DNA of 63,094 nucleotides, the filler included, from Choristocarpus tenellus KU-1152 (lineage: Eukaryota > Protista > Phaeophyceae): the NCBI GenBank assembly GCA_964200185.2. It is 10 parts of 10 records of this genome, joined end to end, with 100 filler letters (N's around TTAATTAATTAA, not from the genome) between each part and the next. Parts side by side here need not be neighbours in the genome. Positions count along the whole stretch, not along the records: positions 35,613 to 40,919 come from CAXNAD020011204.1; positions 41,020 to 52,435 come from CAXNAD020002331.1; 8 more parts are not named here. One strand, written 5' to 3'. The notes under the pieces were generated by a model. That model was given only the letters and a program-made list of their open reading frames with translations, was not told the DNA's origin and did no database searches. Within the stretch, counting starts at the first letter, position 1. The number at the start of each line of letters is the position of its first letter. The position numbers and the translations under genes are program-made. Positions 35,699 through 48,350 of this stretch are shown in pieces.

Positions 35699-38600
35699 GT
35701 ACCCCGGCCATGGGGCCATTCTTGCTGACGAGATGGGTTTGGGCAAGACCGTCATAGCTATTGCCCTGTGCAACAGTGTCCTACGCCTTTGCCTAGGGGA
35801 GACGAAGAAAGCGGTGGTGGTGTGCCCTTCTTCACTTGTTAGGAACTGGGCCAATGAGGTTTGAGAGAGAGAGAGAAATAAAGAGGGAGAGGGACGATAA
35901 AGTGTTAAGGGGGAGGACACTTCATTCATTTTTCCTTCCATAGCCGACCACCTGGTCTGTTGATTGCAGCTCTCAGGAGATGCTGTCATTTTCTTGAATA
36001 AAGTTGGTTAGCTCAAGGTATTGCTATTCTCTATGTTATCTACGGAGTGCCTGACTGTATGTATCAATGGTGCATTTATGGTCTTCCTCTTGAAACCAAT
36101 CCTGTACGATGTTATGGTGTTGTGGGTTGGAGAGTGAAGGGGTTACCTTGGATGATGGGATGCCTGAAGATAGTGTTTATATCAGTTCAAATTGAAAAGA
36201 TCCCTTCAGTGTTGCTCTGTAGAGTGGCTCATATGGAAATATTCTTCACAGAGGTGTGGAGTACCTGCCAACAAGCTGTACACAATCTTTCGCGGGCCAT
36301 GGGTATGGAGTTGGGGATAGAGCAAGGAAGGCTGTGATTAAGTTGAGAAAGTTTTACCGTTTTGAATTTTGTTTACCATGCGATTTTCAAGTCCCTTATT
36401 CTCCCCAAAACGCTTTCATTTTTGCTGCTTTAATAGATTGCATGTTGTAGTGTTTCTGGATGGAAGCACTTATGGGAGCCTGGCTTTGCATGTCCCTCTT
36501 GCATACCTTTAGCCTTCAGGGTATGGTCAATTTCCTAGTCCTTAGCTCTCGCAACCTTTCCAGTAAGTGTATTGTGGCATGTGTCACAGTGTCTTGCCCA
36601 TATTGATCCGTTACTAACCAGAGGACTGCGGACCCCCTTGGAAACTGATCCATTCTACAACCTAACTAGTTGGCTTACGAGTTTTTTACATGTCCACAGT
36701 CCTTCAACCACCCCTTCCCCACAACCACCCCCATCTTCAGTTTAGGAAGTGGAGTCCCTTGGGAGGAAGAGCTGTGCCTGTTGAGCAGGCAGGAGTGGTG
36801 GCTGCCCAGCTTGTGGATGACTTCAGGATAGGGTCTCCAATGCGGTACCCTGTGCTCATTATTAGCTATGAGCTCTACAGGTTGGAGTCATAGGGAGGGG
36901 AGGGCTTATGCACAGGGATGAGACTGGGCTGTGAGAAGGGGAGGCATGAGGTCTGTGTAGGAAGGGGCATGGGGGATAATTGGGGTGGAGAGAGTCAGGA
37001 CTGAGTAAAAAATATATTAAGGTAATGTGCAAGTTTCAAATGACATTTTTTTTTTCTAGGGGAAGGGCATGGAGTCATGATAAGGGTTCAACAGCTATGA
37101 GTTGAACCTGGGCGGTATGGCAGTATGGAAGAGGGCAAATGGGTGAACCGAATATTTGGGGGGTCATACCTAACAGCTGCATTTGGTTCATCAGCTGAAG
37201 AGGCGAAAGGGGGAAGGGGGTCAAGGTGCAGGTTCAGGTGCAGGTGCAGGTGCAAGCAGGTTTGTAGTGAGAAGGTGTATGACTTGGACAAAGCAAGAAG
37301 TGTAGTGTATTGCAGCAGATGTTGAGCAGGTTAATATCAGCGCTGGAAGGTAGTGTGGAACCTACTTATTACTCTGTGAGACAGAGAGAGTTCGATGATT
37401 CAAACCCCCAACAGTCTCCACTTTGCCTTAAGGGAAAAAACATCTCCTTACAATAGGAATTGGATGATGCTGCTTGCCTATCAACCCCAACCCTACCTGT
37501 GTTTCCCCCAGCAGTGCTATGTGCACCTACCTTCAAGGCCAACCCCAAGCTTCCACCCCAGCCCCAGCCAATGTAAAAAAATCCCCATCTTAAGAAACAA
37601 GAGTGAGAGTTTGGAGCAATTTTCAACCTTGAGACAGCGAAAGCCTTAAGCCCTTACCGTAGATAATGATACTATTATTGCAGTATTCCCTGTCTCCATA
37701 TTGTCCTTTTGTCCCTCTCAGTATTCGCATTCCACCTGACTTGATGTGTTCCAAGACACCAACCGTGAGCTCTGAAGGAGCAATTCTTAACCCCTATCTA
37801 TTACACAGGTTAGCTTGAACCACATCTTCTGGTTTCGAAACTGACCAATGACCCCAATCCCCCAACCCAGTAAACCCAACAATCGTTTTGTGTGTTATCA
37901 TGATTTTTTGGTGTTTAAAAAAAAAATAAGCTCTCCCCTCCAGCAACCCCATTTCCTGTTCCAGCTCTTAACAAGAGTGGCAAATCGTCCCACGAGAAAG
38001 CCTCCTCGCAGATCACCAAACCCGATTTGAACGCCTGACAGTGGATTTGACTCAGAAATGTTTGTTGATCACCCCTTGCCATTTTGTGCTGGACCCTCCC
38101 CCCTGAATTTGGGTATCCCCAGGAACCATGGGACCATCATCAATGCAACCAAGGGTCTGGGACTGCTTGTGGCTGATGAAGGTCACAGGCTCAAGAACTC
38201 TGTGGGAAACAAGACCACCCGTGCTCTCAAGGCCTGCCCTGCCAAGATGCGCCTACTCCTGGTGGGTCCTGCTCCTGTATGAGACAGCAAATTGCTTCAT
38301 TTGTAGAGATGCAAAGCCTTTGCCTACCTCCTAAATGCAGAACAGACCAGTCCCATGGCGCCCCACGCCCATCATAACACCGTTGCACCACAAACAAAAC
38401 AAGTTTTTCTGTTCTGTCAAATCAGCTCAGTTCATGTTGACTCTTCAACCTATTATTCCAATGTCCCTTGCTGTGGAATGAGTCGTTGTCCTTTCCACTC
38501 AAACAACCCTTCTCGTCCCCTTTTTCTCTTTCCTGGATGTATGTATATCACGTACTTGATTGAATAGTTCTCTACTCCTCCTGACCCCTTAACCTTAGGG

Positions 38601-40919
38601 TAAGGGGTGGTATGGTCCTGGAGAGTTTCCAAGGTTGAGGGACAAGGAGAGAGTGTAAGGCAGACAAATTGTATTCACTTAAAGGGACACATGAAGTAGA
38701 CTAATCTGATTTGTTTAAATATCACCTTGGGTACTGCGAGCCTATCTTATTGGCTAGAATTGACATGCAAAGTACGGAAGAACTATGGGGTATTTCATTG
38801 GTGCAAATGTGTTTTTTGTGCCTTGCTCCCGACTCCTGAGTCTTGTTACGGTTTTAGTTGCCATTGTCACATCCCCCTCAACATTCACACTGGAACAGCA
38901 TAGCTCTTGCCTCAGGTTGCCTCGGGTTGCCTTGTGATTTTCGTTTTTAGCCTTGCTGTTGGACATAGTGCTTAATGTTCAACTTGATAACATGGTGCAG
39001 TTCAGTGTGGTTGCCATCGATTCCAGTTACATTTTTATTGTGCCTTGACAACACTTACCAAGCCCCAACACATTCAACAATGTATCCACTGGACCAACCT
39101 TAGTTCACATCCAACTTGGACACATCTTAATGCAAGATAACGCAATCCACCCCATTGCCGCACCTACCTCCATGCTTCCATATCACATCTTGACATCATA
39201 AACTTGTGAAGACGGGCACCCCCATGCAGAACGATCTCGATGAATTCTTCTCTATGGCTGACTTCGTGAACCCTGGCATCCTTGGTGACATCAAGAGTTT
39301 CCGCTCAAGGTGTTCCCTCCTGGTGTAGTTGGGCTTGTATCCTCCCCTCTGCAGGTTACAATGCTATAGAAATTTTGGTTCTACTGTTTATTTGGGAACA
39401 CACCTAATACACCTATATTAGTGGGTTTCTAGTTTGAACTTTTAAAACTACAACTAAGAGGTATTTATTGCAAGGCCTTCCATTTTTAGATTCCATTTGT
39501 TTCTAGTTTATACTATAGTAGTACAAGACACACACCACACACCACCCCCTAAAGTTTGCAAGCGGGCTGTCTGCCACTGTCTGCTCACTTGCAGATTCTC
39601 CAAGCCTATTAAGGCAGCCTGGGATCGTGACGCAGAGGATGAAGAGGTTGAACTGGCAGGGGAGAGGACAAGAGAGCTGGGAGAGGTGCGTGTTCTTCTG
39701 AGTTGATTGAGCAGAGAGGGGTTAAGGGTAGGATAATGGACACAAAGAGGGAGTAGTCTTGATCCTCCATCCTAGCTTTCTTTCTCACCATATTGGGCAT
39801 TTAGAGTTGCAAGGTGTTTTTCTCTTGGGGAAATTTAGCTCCATGAAGTTGTTGCAGTGGTATGCATGTTGGGCCTTGAGGCTGTTATAATGCTCCACAC
39901 ATTGTAAACTCAGTGCATAGATGGGAATATTGACATGTTGATGTACACCTCCCTCCCCTCCCCCAATAGTTCTACTGTGAACAACTTTTTCTTCTTTGTT
40001 GATGTAACCAGCAGTGAAGTATTACCCCACCCCAATCGTTTTCCCCTTCCTCTCCTCTTTCCACCATTCCTTTCCCCCCCTCACCAACATCCTAAACAAA
40101 ACCACAAAATCCCACCCCCCCCGACCCTCTCTTATCCTTCCCTACATCCACGGCTCATCCCCCAACTTAGTTGTCCGGAAAGTTTGTCCTCCGTCGGACC
40201 AAGGGGATCCTTTCCCGCTCCCTCCCAGCCGCACTGGAAGTGGTAATCTTCTGCTGCCCTTCCCCACGCCAACTATCTCTGTACGAGCGTTGCCTCACCA
40301 GTCCGCGAGCACGTGCCCTCTTGGACAGCAAGGATACAGGGGGTGGGTCAGAGGGAGTGAGATTTGTGGGTGTGCTTCCACTGATCTCAACCCTTAGGAA
40401 GATTTGCAACCACCCTGATCTCCTGCGTCCAAGAGCGGGGTTGTGTAGCTCTGTAGCCAGGGATAGAGTGGGGGCTGACCTGGGGGCTGTGGATGAGATG
40501 TGGAAGGACTGGGAGGAGGAATCCGAGGAGGAAGGTTGTTGGGATGAGAATTGGGAGGAGGAGGTGGGAGATGGGAATGCTGATGAAGGTCAAAGCTGTC
40601 ACCAGGGACAGGTTGGTGATGAAGGTAGCGGGGGAAGGGACGAGGTGCATGTGTGCACTAATGATAGGAAAGCACCCGGACATACCCAGGAAAGGCTTGA
40701 GTCATCCTCACCCCTTTTGTTCACTAGGAGATATGGCATGACTCCAGGAAAAGAGAACATCTCCAAGGCTGTGGGGCTGGGGAGAAGGAGGTTCTCTGCT
40801 CCAAGCAGGCTGTTTGGGATGGCCTGTGAGGGGTCGTCTTCTTTGAAAAAACATAGAGCCACAAAGGGTACGCGAGTAGGGGCAAGGGCTGGAGGATTGC
40901 CTAAGAAGGTTCCGGCGCC
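35699..40919 (+). CDS. RAD54: RAD54/RAD54B-family SNF2 DNA translocase (internal exons)
   Basis: Exons are 35699-35858, 36741-36880, 38123-38261, 39212-39309, 39595-39685 and 40171-gap. They carry ILADEMGLGKT, VCPSSLVRNW, ISYE, DEGHRLKN, LTGTPMQNDLDEFF..DFVNPGILG, FVLRRT and LRKICNHPDLL. The paralogue identity is uncertain. Confidence 0.9.
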
Positions 40920-41019
40920 NNNNNNNNNNNNNNNNNNNNNNNNNNNNNNNNNNNNNNNNNNNNTTAATTAATTAANNNNNNNNNNNNNNNNNNNNNNNNN
41001 NNNNNNNNNNNNNNNNNNN

Positions 41020-41127
41020 GATATTGACACTTCCTAACAAACCTGCTAGTCAAAATTTCATCAAAATCGCAACATTGGATTTTGACCCCAAATGGACGCG
41101 GCCCTACCCTCTAAGATACTTTGATTC
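41020..41127 (-). mobile_element. 260-bp MITE, partial
   Basis: It ends TACCCTCTAAGATACTTTGATTC and interrupts the pseudogene reading frame. Confidence 0.85.
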
Positions 41128-44100
41128 CCTCTTCAGCACTTGGTGGTTTGGGTCTCCCACAAGGTATAGGCGTGGACACACCACCAGCTAACGTTGTCTT
41201 CACCAATGTAAAATTACGGAAGGTGGAGAGTTCGTCTATGAGGAGTTGGATACGATCTGGATCGAGGTTGTCCCCGAGGGCGGTGCATGTGATTACCATG
41301 CCTCCTGGTCGGGTCTGGAGAAGGGCGACTTCTCTCTCATAGGTAGCGCTCGTTTCGGACTTGAACTTGTTAAGGTCGTGCTCGGACGTGGCGTTTTTCT
41401 CTAGCGTGATCACAATGTTTGTGAGTCGTGTTATCTCTGTGATGGTGGAGGAGTAGGCAAAGGACGTGGCGAAGTAGGAGGTAAAACAAGAGGAAGAGGG
41501 GTTAGCGTTAGGAGGCAAGGGATGAGATAGAGGTTCGTGCAAAGGAGTAAGCGGGGCAGGATGCAGAAGAGGATGCGGGGGCTGAGAAAAGGATGGATAG
41601 ACCAGAGTACTAGCGGTTCTTTAAAGGTGTGCCGATTATTCGAGCCCACAAAACAGGAAGACGAATAGGGCTGGTAACATAGGGTGAAGAGGATGCGTAC
41701 AGGAAGAGCATGTAACCGCGGCATAATTTCTCTCCTTTTGCCGGGTTCTGTCGATCGGTACAACACATCGAAAGTATGAAGCAATCTGTTCGACGAGCAA
41801 CTTCGCACCCTTTGAAAGAACCGGAGAACCCTGTGATAATGTTTGTTGTGAAACTGTCAAACGTCGGTAGGATCTGTGAGAGTCTAGGTTGTGTGTTTGG
41901 TGCGGGGAACCATGTTTGGATGTTAACCTATGGCGATGTTGTACAATGATGTAATTGCTTGCCTGTGTGTTCGTCACTGGTGTTTGGGGTAACGCCCTCA
42001 ATGTATTTGGTGATGTCCAGGTATTTTGTACCCTCCTTCACATCCTCCCTCAATACGAGGTCTCTTTTCATCTGTGGATTTTATGTGTTAGATTAATGTG
42101 CACGATCAGGGCGTTTATTGTGAGGTGGCTTGATACGAATTGAAATGCAGTGGACAGATGAGATGATGAACTAATAATAGTTGAGTACCTTGTCGCTGAG
42201 GATGTATTTTTTGGTAGGAGGACCCTCTGCTGAAGACTCTCCTGGTGAGTCGTCGGCGTAGGGGTCTATCCCGAGCTCGTCTTTCCTTTTTAGGTCGTTC
42301 ATAACTTGAATGGCGACCTCCAGGACGGCCCCCTAGATGAGTGTATCCCTTGTGTCCATACGTCTCATTTATGCCAACTGCATCTTCCAGGGTTGAGATG
42401 CCCACTCCTTCTCCGCCTTGGCGGCAGACGCCGTGTCTGGATCGCCGACTCCTCGTCTATTCTTCTTCCCCTTTCCTCTTGTCTTCTTCTTTCCTTCGTC
42501 CTGGTCGACCGGGGGCCGTTTGTTCCGGACGCCCCTAAGAGTGTAGGTGAACTGTCATGGAGAAGCACATGGGTGGTGGAACGGTAAGTAACATGGATGA
42601 CATGAGTGTCTGCCTCGCGAGGCACGAACTAGGTAGTAAACATTACGGTTGTTGCAGGGTCAGGAGGGGGGTATATGCATATACATCCATACGCTACTTC
42701 AATCGAGTAAGTCAGAATCGACTTACCCATTCCTTTGGAAATGTCTCCGTCTGACAACATACGTCAACGCGAGCGCGTCAGTGGGCAATTTTTTTGCAGC
42801 CTGTTCTGAGAAGACGTGGGCAGCTACCTCGACAATGTCGCGCCAGCGATGGCCTTGGGGAGTCTCCCCTCTAAGGATGACTAAGCGGCTCCAGCGAGGA
42901 CATCAGTGCACATTCTTGTGAAATACTGCTCCTTGACCTCGTCCGTGAGCTACATGTACGTCAAATATGCGATTGTGTGTGGTTAGGATACCATTAAAGA
43001 ATCGAGCTCTGAGGGTGTGGAGGATTTAGGGTTAGCAGTGTAGCTATCAGAGAAGGAATACTAGGGGATGTGTGCAGCGCATCGGAACCTTATGGGCTTG
43101 GGGCTCTTTGGAAACTGATCGCTTTACCGTTCGACAGAACACATCAAACTCCTTCATTGCTGTCTGCCATATGTCAAGTGTGGTGTCGTCGTGTGGGGAC
43201 AATGTAGTTGGGAATGTTTATCCCACCTTCAACCTGTAGGTGTGCGTGGACCCCGCGCTGTTCTTGAGGGATTCGATGGCAGCGTCTGGATTAGCGTACC
43301 ACAGCACAGTGAACACGTGGACCGCTCTGAAGTCGAATTTGTCCTGGTCAGGTGCGCATTGTGTGTGGAGAATAAGGTAATATGATCAGGACAGAAGAAC
43401 GTGGTAGTTGGAGTGGATTTGTTGGTTTATGGCGTATGTCGTAAGGTCGATAGCATTACCAATGTATGGAACGTTAATTCAAGCTCAGTATGCGAAGGCA
43501 GGGGTTACTACGGTGTTGTTGGACCATTAGTGATGGGGTATTGGATGTACTAATGTGGATACGGGTGTATCGTGCTTACACTTGGCCCATCGCGCTTCTT
43601 GTGCTCTCTTCACACACTGAAAAGGATCTCCTCCAGTTGTTTTGTCTCTTGTGGAACATAGTGAGAGGAAGAGAGGGATGGGGTATGTTGGACCGCCAAC
43701 GCGGAATTAATATGGATATATGCAACGAAAGGTACGCGATGCTTCTCAATCGCTTCACGAGTCGTTTCCTGTTGAAGGAGCCGTGAGAATCTCACCTTCT
43801 CCCGTGCATATGTAGACAAGGGTGGCGATCATGTTGAAGAATTGGACGGAGGTCTGGTCGGTGAGTCTATTCACACCGGTTTCCATATGTGTGTCCTCCC
43901 AAGCTTCTTTGAGGAATGTCTTTATCTTTGCAGCTACCCTCCTTTTCACGGCCGTCTGTAACGCGCCGTCAGCACCCCGGAAGTCTATGTCACCTAGATA
44001 TTACTGGTTGCACTTGGTGACCAGTGTCGTCATGCGCGCGCGACGATCAGGGTCCTCTTCCTTTTCCCGGACGTAGGGGTGGGACCTGTCGCAGCAACTG

Positions 44101-44829
44101 TAGTCGCGCCTATACTCCAGGATAGTGGCAACCCAAGACACCACCCAATGGAATATGTCTAGGATGTTTGGCACGTGCAATCAGCTGGCTGCAGCGCTCT
44201 GTCCTATGGAGAATGATTCATCCTTCTACCGGTTGCAATGTGGATACATTTTCCGCACGAAGTTCCTGTGGTTAGCCATCTGGAGCGTTGCTTCTACTTC
44301 CGAGGCCCATCATGTTGTCACATGGGCCGGGAGGTTGATACCACAAAGGGACGTTGTCCTCCTTGGTGATTCACTCGATCGCCCTCAACACCATAATGCG
44401 TTGTTGTCCATTGAGACAAAATAATAGATTGTCGTCATCCATTATGTCCCTATTGTCACCATTATGGTTCACGTCCAAGTTGTTATTGGCGATGTAATAT
44501 TCAAACAGTTCCTTGTCTGGCACAATGGAGGGCACGTTTGCCCTGCGCATGTCGGCTTTGATGTTGCGGATGGTCTTCCATCTCGAGCACAGGGAAAAAG
44601 GCTGCCCACTCAGGATCCCCACGAGCCTATCGGTGGTGACCTGTGGGTCCGGCCCCAGCTTCGAGAACATAGACTCCACTCTAGCGTTGTCAAGAAGGTT
44701 GGCATTATATCTCTGTGTCAAGAAGACAGATGTGGCGAGGTCTATGGTACACGTCGCGCTGAGGTTCGACGTCATCAGGTCTGTGGTCTTTTGGTGTTCA
44801 AGTGTCCCCGGGCCTCCGGCCGGCTCTGT
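41128..44829 (-). pseudogene. Spliced, decayed gene with an N-terminal ParB/Srx-like domain and a possible C-terminal methyltransferase-like region
   Basis: A polypyrimidine-CAG acceptor lies at 44830. It is followed by LTQRYNANLLDNARVESMFSKL...LLFCLNGQQRIMVLRAI (ParB-like GxxR motif). Coding-like sequence continues through isolated stops and frameshifts. The last segment reads NIVIT...ALLQTRPGGMVI. Confidence 0.5.
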
Positions 44830-45199
44830 CTGAAAAGGTAGAGGTGAAAATGTTAGGGCAATGGTATCAGCAAAGAAGAATGATATCGACGTAGGGGTGG
44901 ATGCAATGGTTAGCTGAGCGCATCAAGAGTGTCTTCAAACGAATGGATTATGTGATTAATGATATGATGGGATCTGTACGGAGTGCAGGGTTCGTGTCCA
45001 TGTGTGGGCTATGCAAACGAGATACGAAAAGGGCGTAGCGATGCCGTGGAAATGAGGACAGCGTAACGTTTTCCTTGAAGGTCACTATTTACTAATAATA
45101 AATATGAAACTGTTTACCCGGTCAACATGGGATGAATATGAATATGAATACGCACCAATATTGGACGCAGTCGGTATGATTTACGCGCCGACCAACGTA

Positions 45200-45790
45200 A
45201 TATATAGCGAGGGCAATTGTGCACAGGTTTGTGCTTGACATAGGGCAGGCAATAATGAATGCATTTCATGTGTTTTGTCGAACGGTAGATGCCATCAATA
45301 TGCAAAGCGCGGTAAGACTGTTGGGGTGTGTGTGTGTCGATTTGAAATAGTAATCCTGAGCAGGAAAACATTACGCCGAACCGAGAAAGTGAAAGATGAC
45401 GATGAAAGGTACTTAAACGCTGACCCGGGTTGGATGTCGGGAGGGCAATCATACGCAGGTTTGTGCTTTGACATGTGGCAGCCAGTGATGAGTGAATTTC
45501 ATGTGTTCTGTCGAACGGTAAAGGCCATCAATTGTGTCCATTTGAAATAGTAACAACCTGAGCAGATAAACATTACGTCAAACCGCGAAAGTGAAAGATA
45601 AATATGAAAGAAATTTACGCGCTGACCCGGGTTAGATGTCGGGAGGGCAATCATGTGCAGGTTTGTGCTTGACATAAGGCTGACAATAATCAATGAATTT
45701 GATGTGTTCTGTCAAACGGTAAAGGCCATCAAATTCCAAAGCGCGACAATACGATTTGGGGGTGTGTATCTACATTCCAGATTTGAACCT
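45200..45790 (+). repeat. Tandem array of three ~200-235-bp units
   Basis: GAGGGCAAT...CAGGTTTGTGC.TTGACAT...ATGTGTTCTGTCGAACGGTAAAGGCCATCAA recurs near 45208, 45441 and 45642. Confidence 0.9.
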
Positions 45791-46140
45791 TATTGGAAAT
45801 GTTTCAATGGTATCGGAGCCCATACACGCACGTATTGAAGGTGATACCACATCATCCTGGACAGACGGATGTTGTGGTGCGTGAAATTGCATCGTGGAAT
45901 CTTGCTTCTATTTTGGATCAGTCGTCTGATTACTCCCAACAAAAGTGACAGCAACACATGTTCCAATTTCGGAAAAAGGTTCGGTCGAATTCGCTGTAGT
46001 AATTTCTTATTAGCCTCGCTGAATGTATTCTACGATGACATTTTTGATCGGAGGTGAAATTTGTAAATGGCGGATTTGGCTTAGTGTTGAAAATGTAGGT
46101 GATTTAATTTTGTCAGGGCTAGGATTGGTATCATGGGTGC

Positions 46141-46383
46141 TGGTCGAAATATCTTAGTGTTAGGGCCGCGTTCATTTTGCGACCGAATGAAAATGTTGCC
46201 TTTTTGCTGTCATTGTTGCCCTCATTATTGTTTGGATATGTAAATGTCCTTTTTCCAAACATTCCATTCCATCGTGTATACATTGTAAACCTCCAAAACA
46301 TTTTGGAGTAAGTACAAAGTCCTTGAAAACCCGTGGCTAGCCAAGCCCAAAAGGACAGACAGGGAAAAACTCGTGCCTTCTAA
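46141..46383 (+). mobile_element. Highly degenerate 260-bp MITE
   Basis: GGTCGAAATATCTTAG...AAAACATTTTGGAGTA...CCCGTGG.TAGCCAAGCCC...GGGAAAAACTCGTGCCTTCTAA matches the family. Confidence 0.6.
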
Positions 46384-46388
46384 CAAAG

Positions 46389-47872
46389 AGCATCGAATCT
46401 AAATATGCTTGTATCACCACCATTGACAGGTGGTGTGTACACTGTTGTAAAGGCGAAAAAATGCAGGGCATCGAATCTAAAAATGCTTGTATCACCACCA
46501 TTGACAGGTGGTGTGTAGACGGTTGTAAATATTTCAAAGACAGGGTACTGAATTTGAAAATGCTGGTGCTACCAGGTTTGACAAGTGTTGTGTACACGGT
46601 TGGAAACGCAAATAATTACAGGGCATCGAATCTAAAAATGCTGGTATCATCACCATTGACAGGTGGTGTGTACACGGTTGGAAACGGAAATGATTACGGG
46701 GCATCGAATCTAAAAACGCTGGTATCACCACCATTGACAGATGGTGTGTACACGGTTGGAAACGCTAATAAATACAGGGCATCGAATCTAAAAATGCAGG
46801 TGTTACCAGGATTGACAGGTGGTGTATACACGGTTGGAAACGCAAATAAATACAGGGCATCGAATCTAAAAATGCTGGTATCACCATCATTGACAGATGG
46901 TGTGGATTCAAAGTATCTTAGAGGGTACTGTCGCGTCCAAATTAGGGCCAAAACCCAATATTGCGATTTTGGCGTAATTTTGGCTATCGTGTTTGTTAGG
47001 AAGTGTCAATATCCTTGTTCCGGACACACCTTTTCATAACGTGTACATTTTATCTACTACAAAACATTTCGGAGTAGGAAAGTATAATAAAAAAACTCCT
47101 GGGAAGTCAAGTCCCAAACAGACAAAAGGGGAAAAACTCGTACCTTCTAAGATACTTTCACTCTGTGTACACGGTTGGAAACGCAATTAATCACGAGGCA
47201 TCGAATCTGAAAATGCTGGTATCATCACCATTGACAGATGGTGTGTACACGGTTGGAAACGCAAATTATTACGGGGCATCGAATCTAAAAATGCTGGTAT
47301 CACCACCATTGACAGGTGGTGTGTACACGGTTGGAAACGCAAATAAAGACAGGGCATCGAATCTGAAAATGCAAGTGTTACCAGGATTGACAGGTGGTGT
47401 GTACACGGTTGGAAATGAAAATATTTATAGGGCATCGAATCTAAAAATGCTGGTATCACCACCATTGACAGATGGTGAGTACACGGTTGGAAACGCAAAT
47501 TATTACGGGGCATCAAATCTAAAAATGCTGGTATCACCGCCATTGACAGTTGGTGTGTACACGGTTGGAAACGCAAATAATTACAGGGCATCGAATCTGA
47601 AAATGCTGGTATCACCACCATTGACAGGTGGTGTATAGATGGTTGGAAACGCAAATAACTACAGGGCATCGAATCTAAAAATGCTGGTATCACCACGATT
47701 GACAGGTGGTGTATACACGGTTGGAAACGTAAATTATTACGGGGCATTGAATCTAAAAATGCTGGTATCACCACCATTGACAGGTGGTGTATAGACGGTT
47801 GGAACCCAAATAACTACAGGGCATCGAATCTAAAAATGCAGGTGTACCAGGATTGACAAGTGGTGTATACAC
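46389..47872. repeat. 78-bp tandem array (~16 units) split by a MITE
   Basis: The unit is approximately GCATCGAATCTAAAAATGCTGGTATCACCACCATTGACAGGTGGTGTGTACACGGTTGGAAACGCAAATAATTACAGG. There are 7 units before and 9 after the insertion. Confidence 0.95.
46905..47163 (+). mobile_element. Complete 259-bp MITE with 4-bp TSD TGTG
   Basis: TIRs are GATTCAAAGTATCTTAGAGGGTAC / GTACCTTCTAAGATACTTTCACTC. Removing the element and one TGTG restores the array unit GATGGTGTGTACACGG. Confidence 0.92.
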
Positions 47873-48350
47873 TATCATCTCAGCCACATCGTTATACATG
47901 CTACGTGAACGGACGATAGCCGCCACACCCGCCAAAGGTGCTAAATCATGACGGTGTGTAGCGATGTTGTTCATCCAGAGACGCTCTAGTGTATGCTGCA
48001 CCAAGGGCGAACGTTTCTTGTATGGGGACTCACCTTCTGGTTCCCTCTGGAGGCATGGCGGCGTTCGGTGGTTGGACTAAGCCTCTCAGTTGATTGCAGG
48101 ATTTCTACATCGGGTGGGCATGTTGGAAATGGGACAGGAGAAAGAAATAGAGAGAGAGTGAGAAAATGTTTTGTGCATCGAGTCAGGCCCAGAGAGGATG
48201 GCATGTCGCGGTCGGTTCACATCATCCTCCAGCCGTACGCACCTGATCACCCTGCACGAAGTGGAAGTCTTGTAATCTTTTTACCTTCCGACACGCCCAG
48301 TATTCAGCATCATGTACAGCGCACAGGGATATAGCCACAGATGAGCCCGA
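47873..48350 (-). pseudogene. Decayed coding fragment, possibly a DNA-methyltransferase motif X/I region
   Basis: ESPYKKRSPLVQHTLERLW...HDLAPLAGVAAIV loosely resembles PxQKPxxLxxxL...VLDPFAGSGT. Confidence 0.25.

Noticed and set aside
46461-47777. ORFs of 192, 157 and 196 aa as real genes
   Set aside because: They follow from a stop-free 78-bp unit. The plus frame is broken by TAG codons and by a MITE, and no independent coding evidence exists.
46389-47872. CRISPR or guide-RNA array interpretation of the 78-bp repeats
   Set aside because: The variable parts are related to each other rather than unique spacers, there are no cas-like genes, and the context is eukaryotic.
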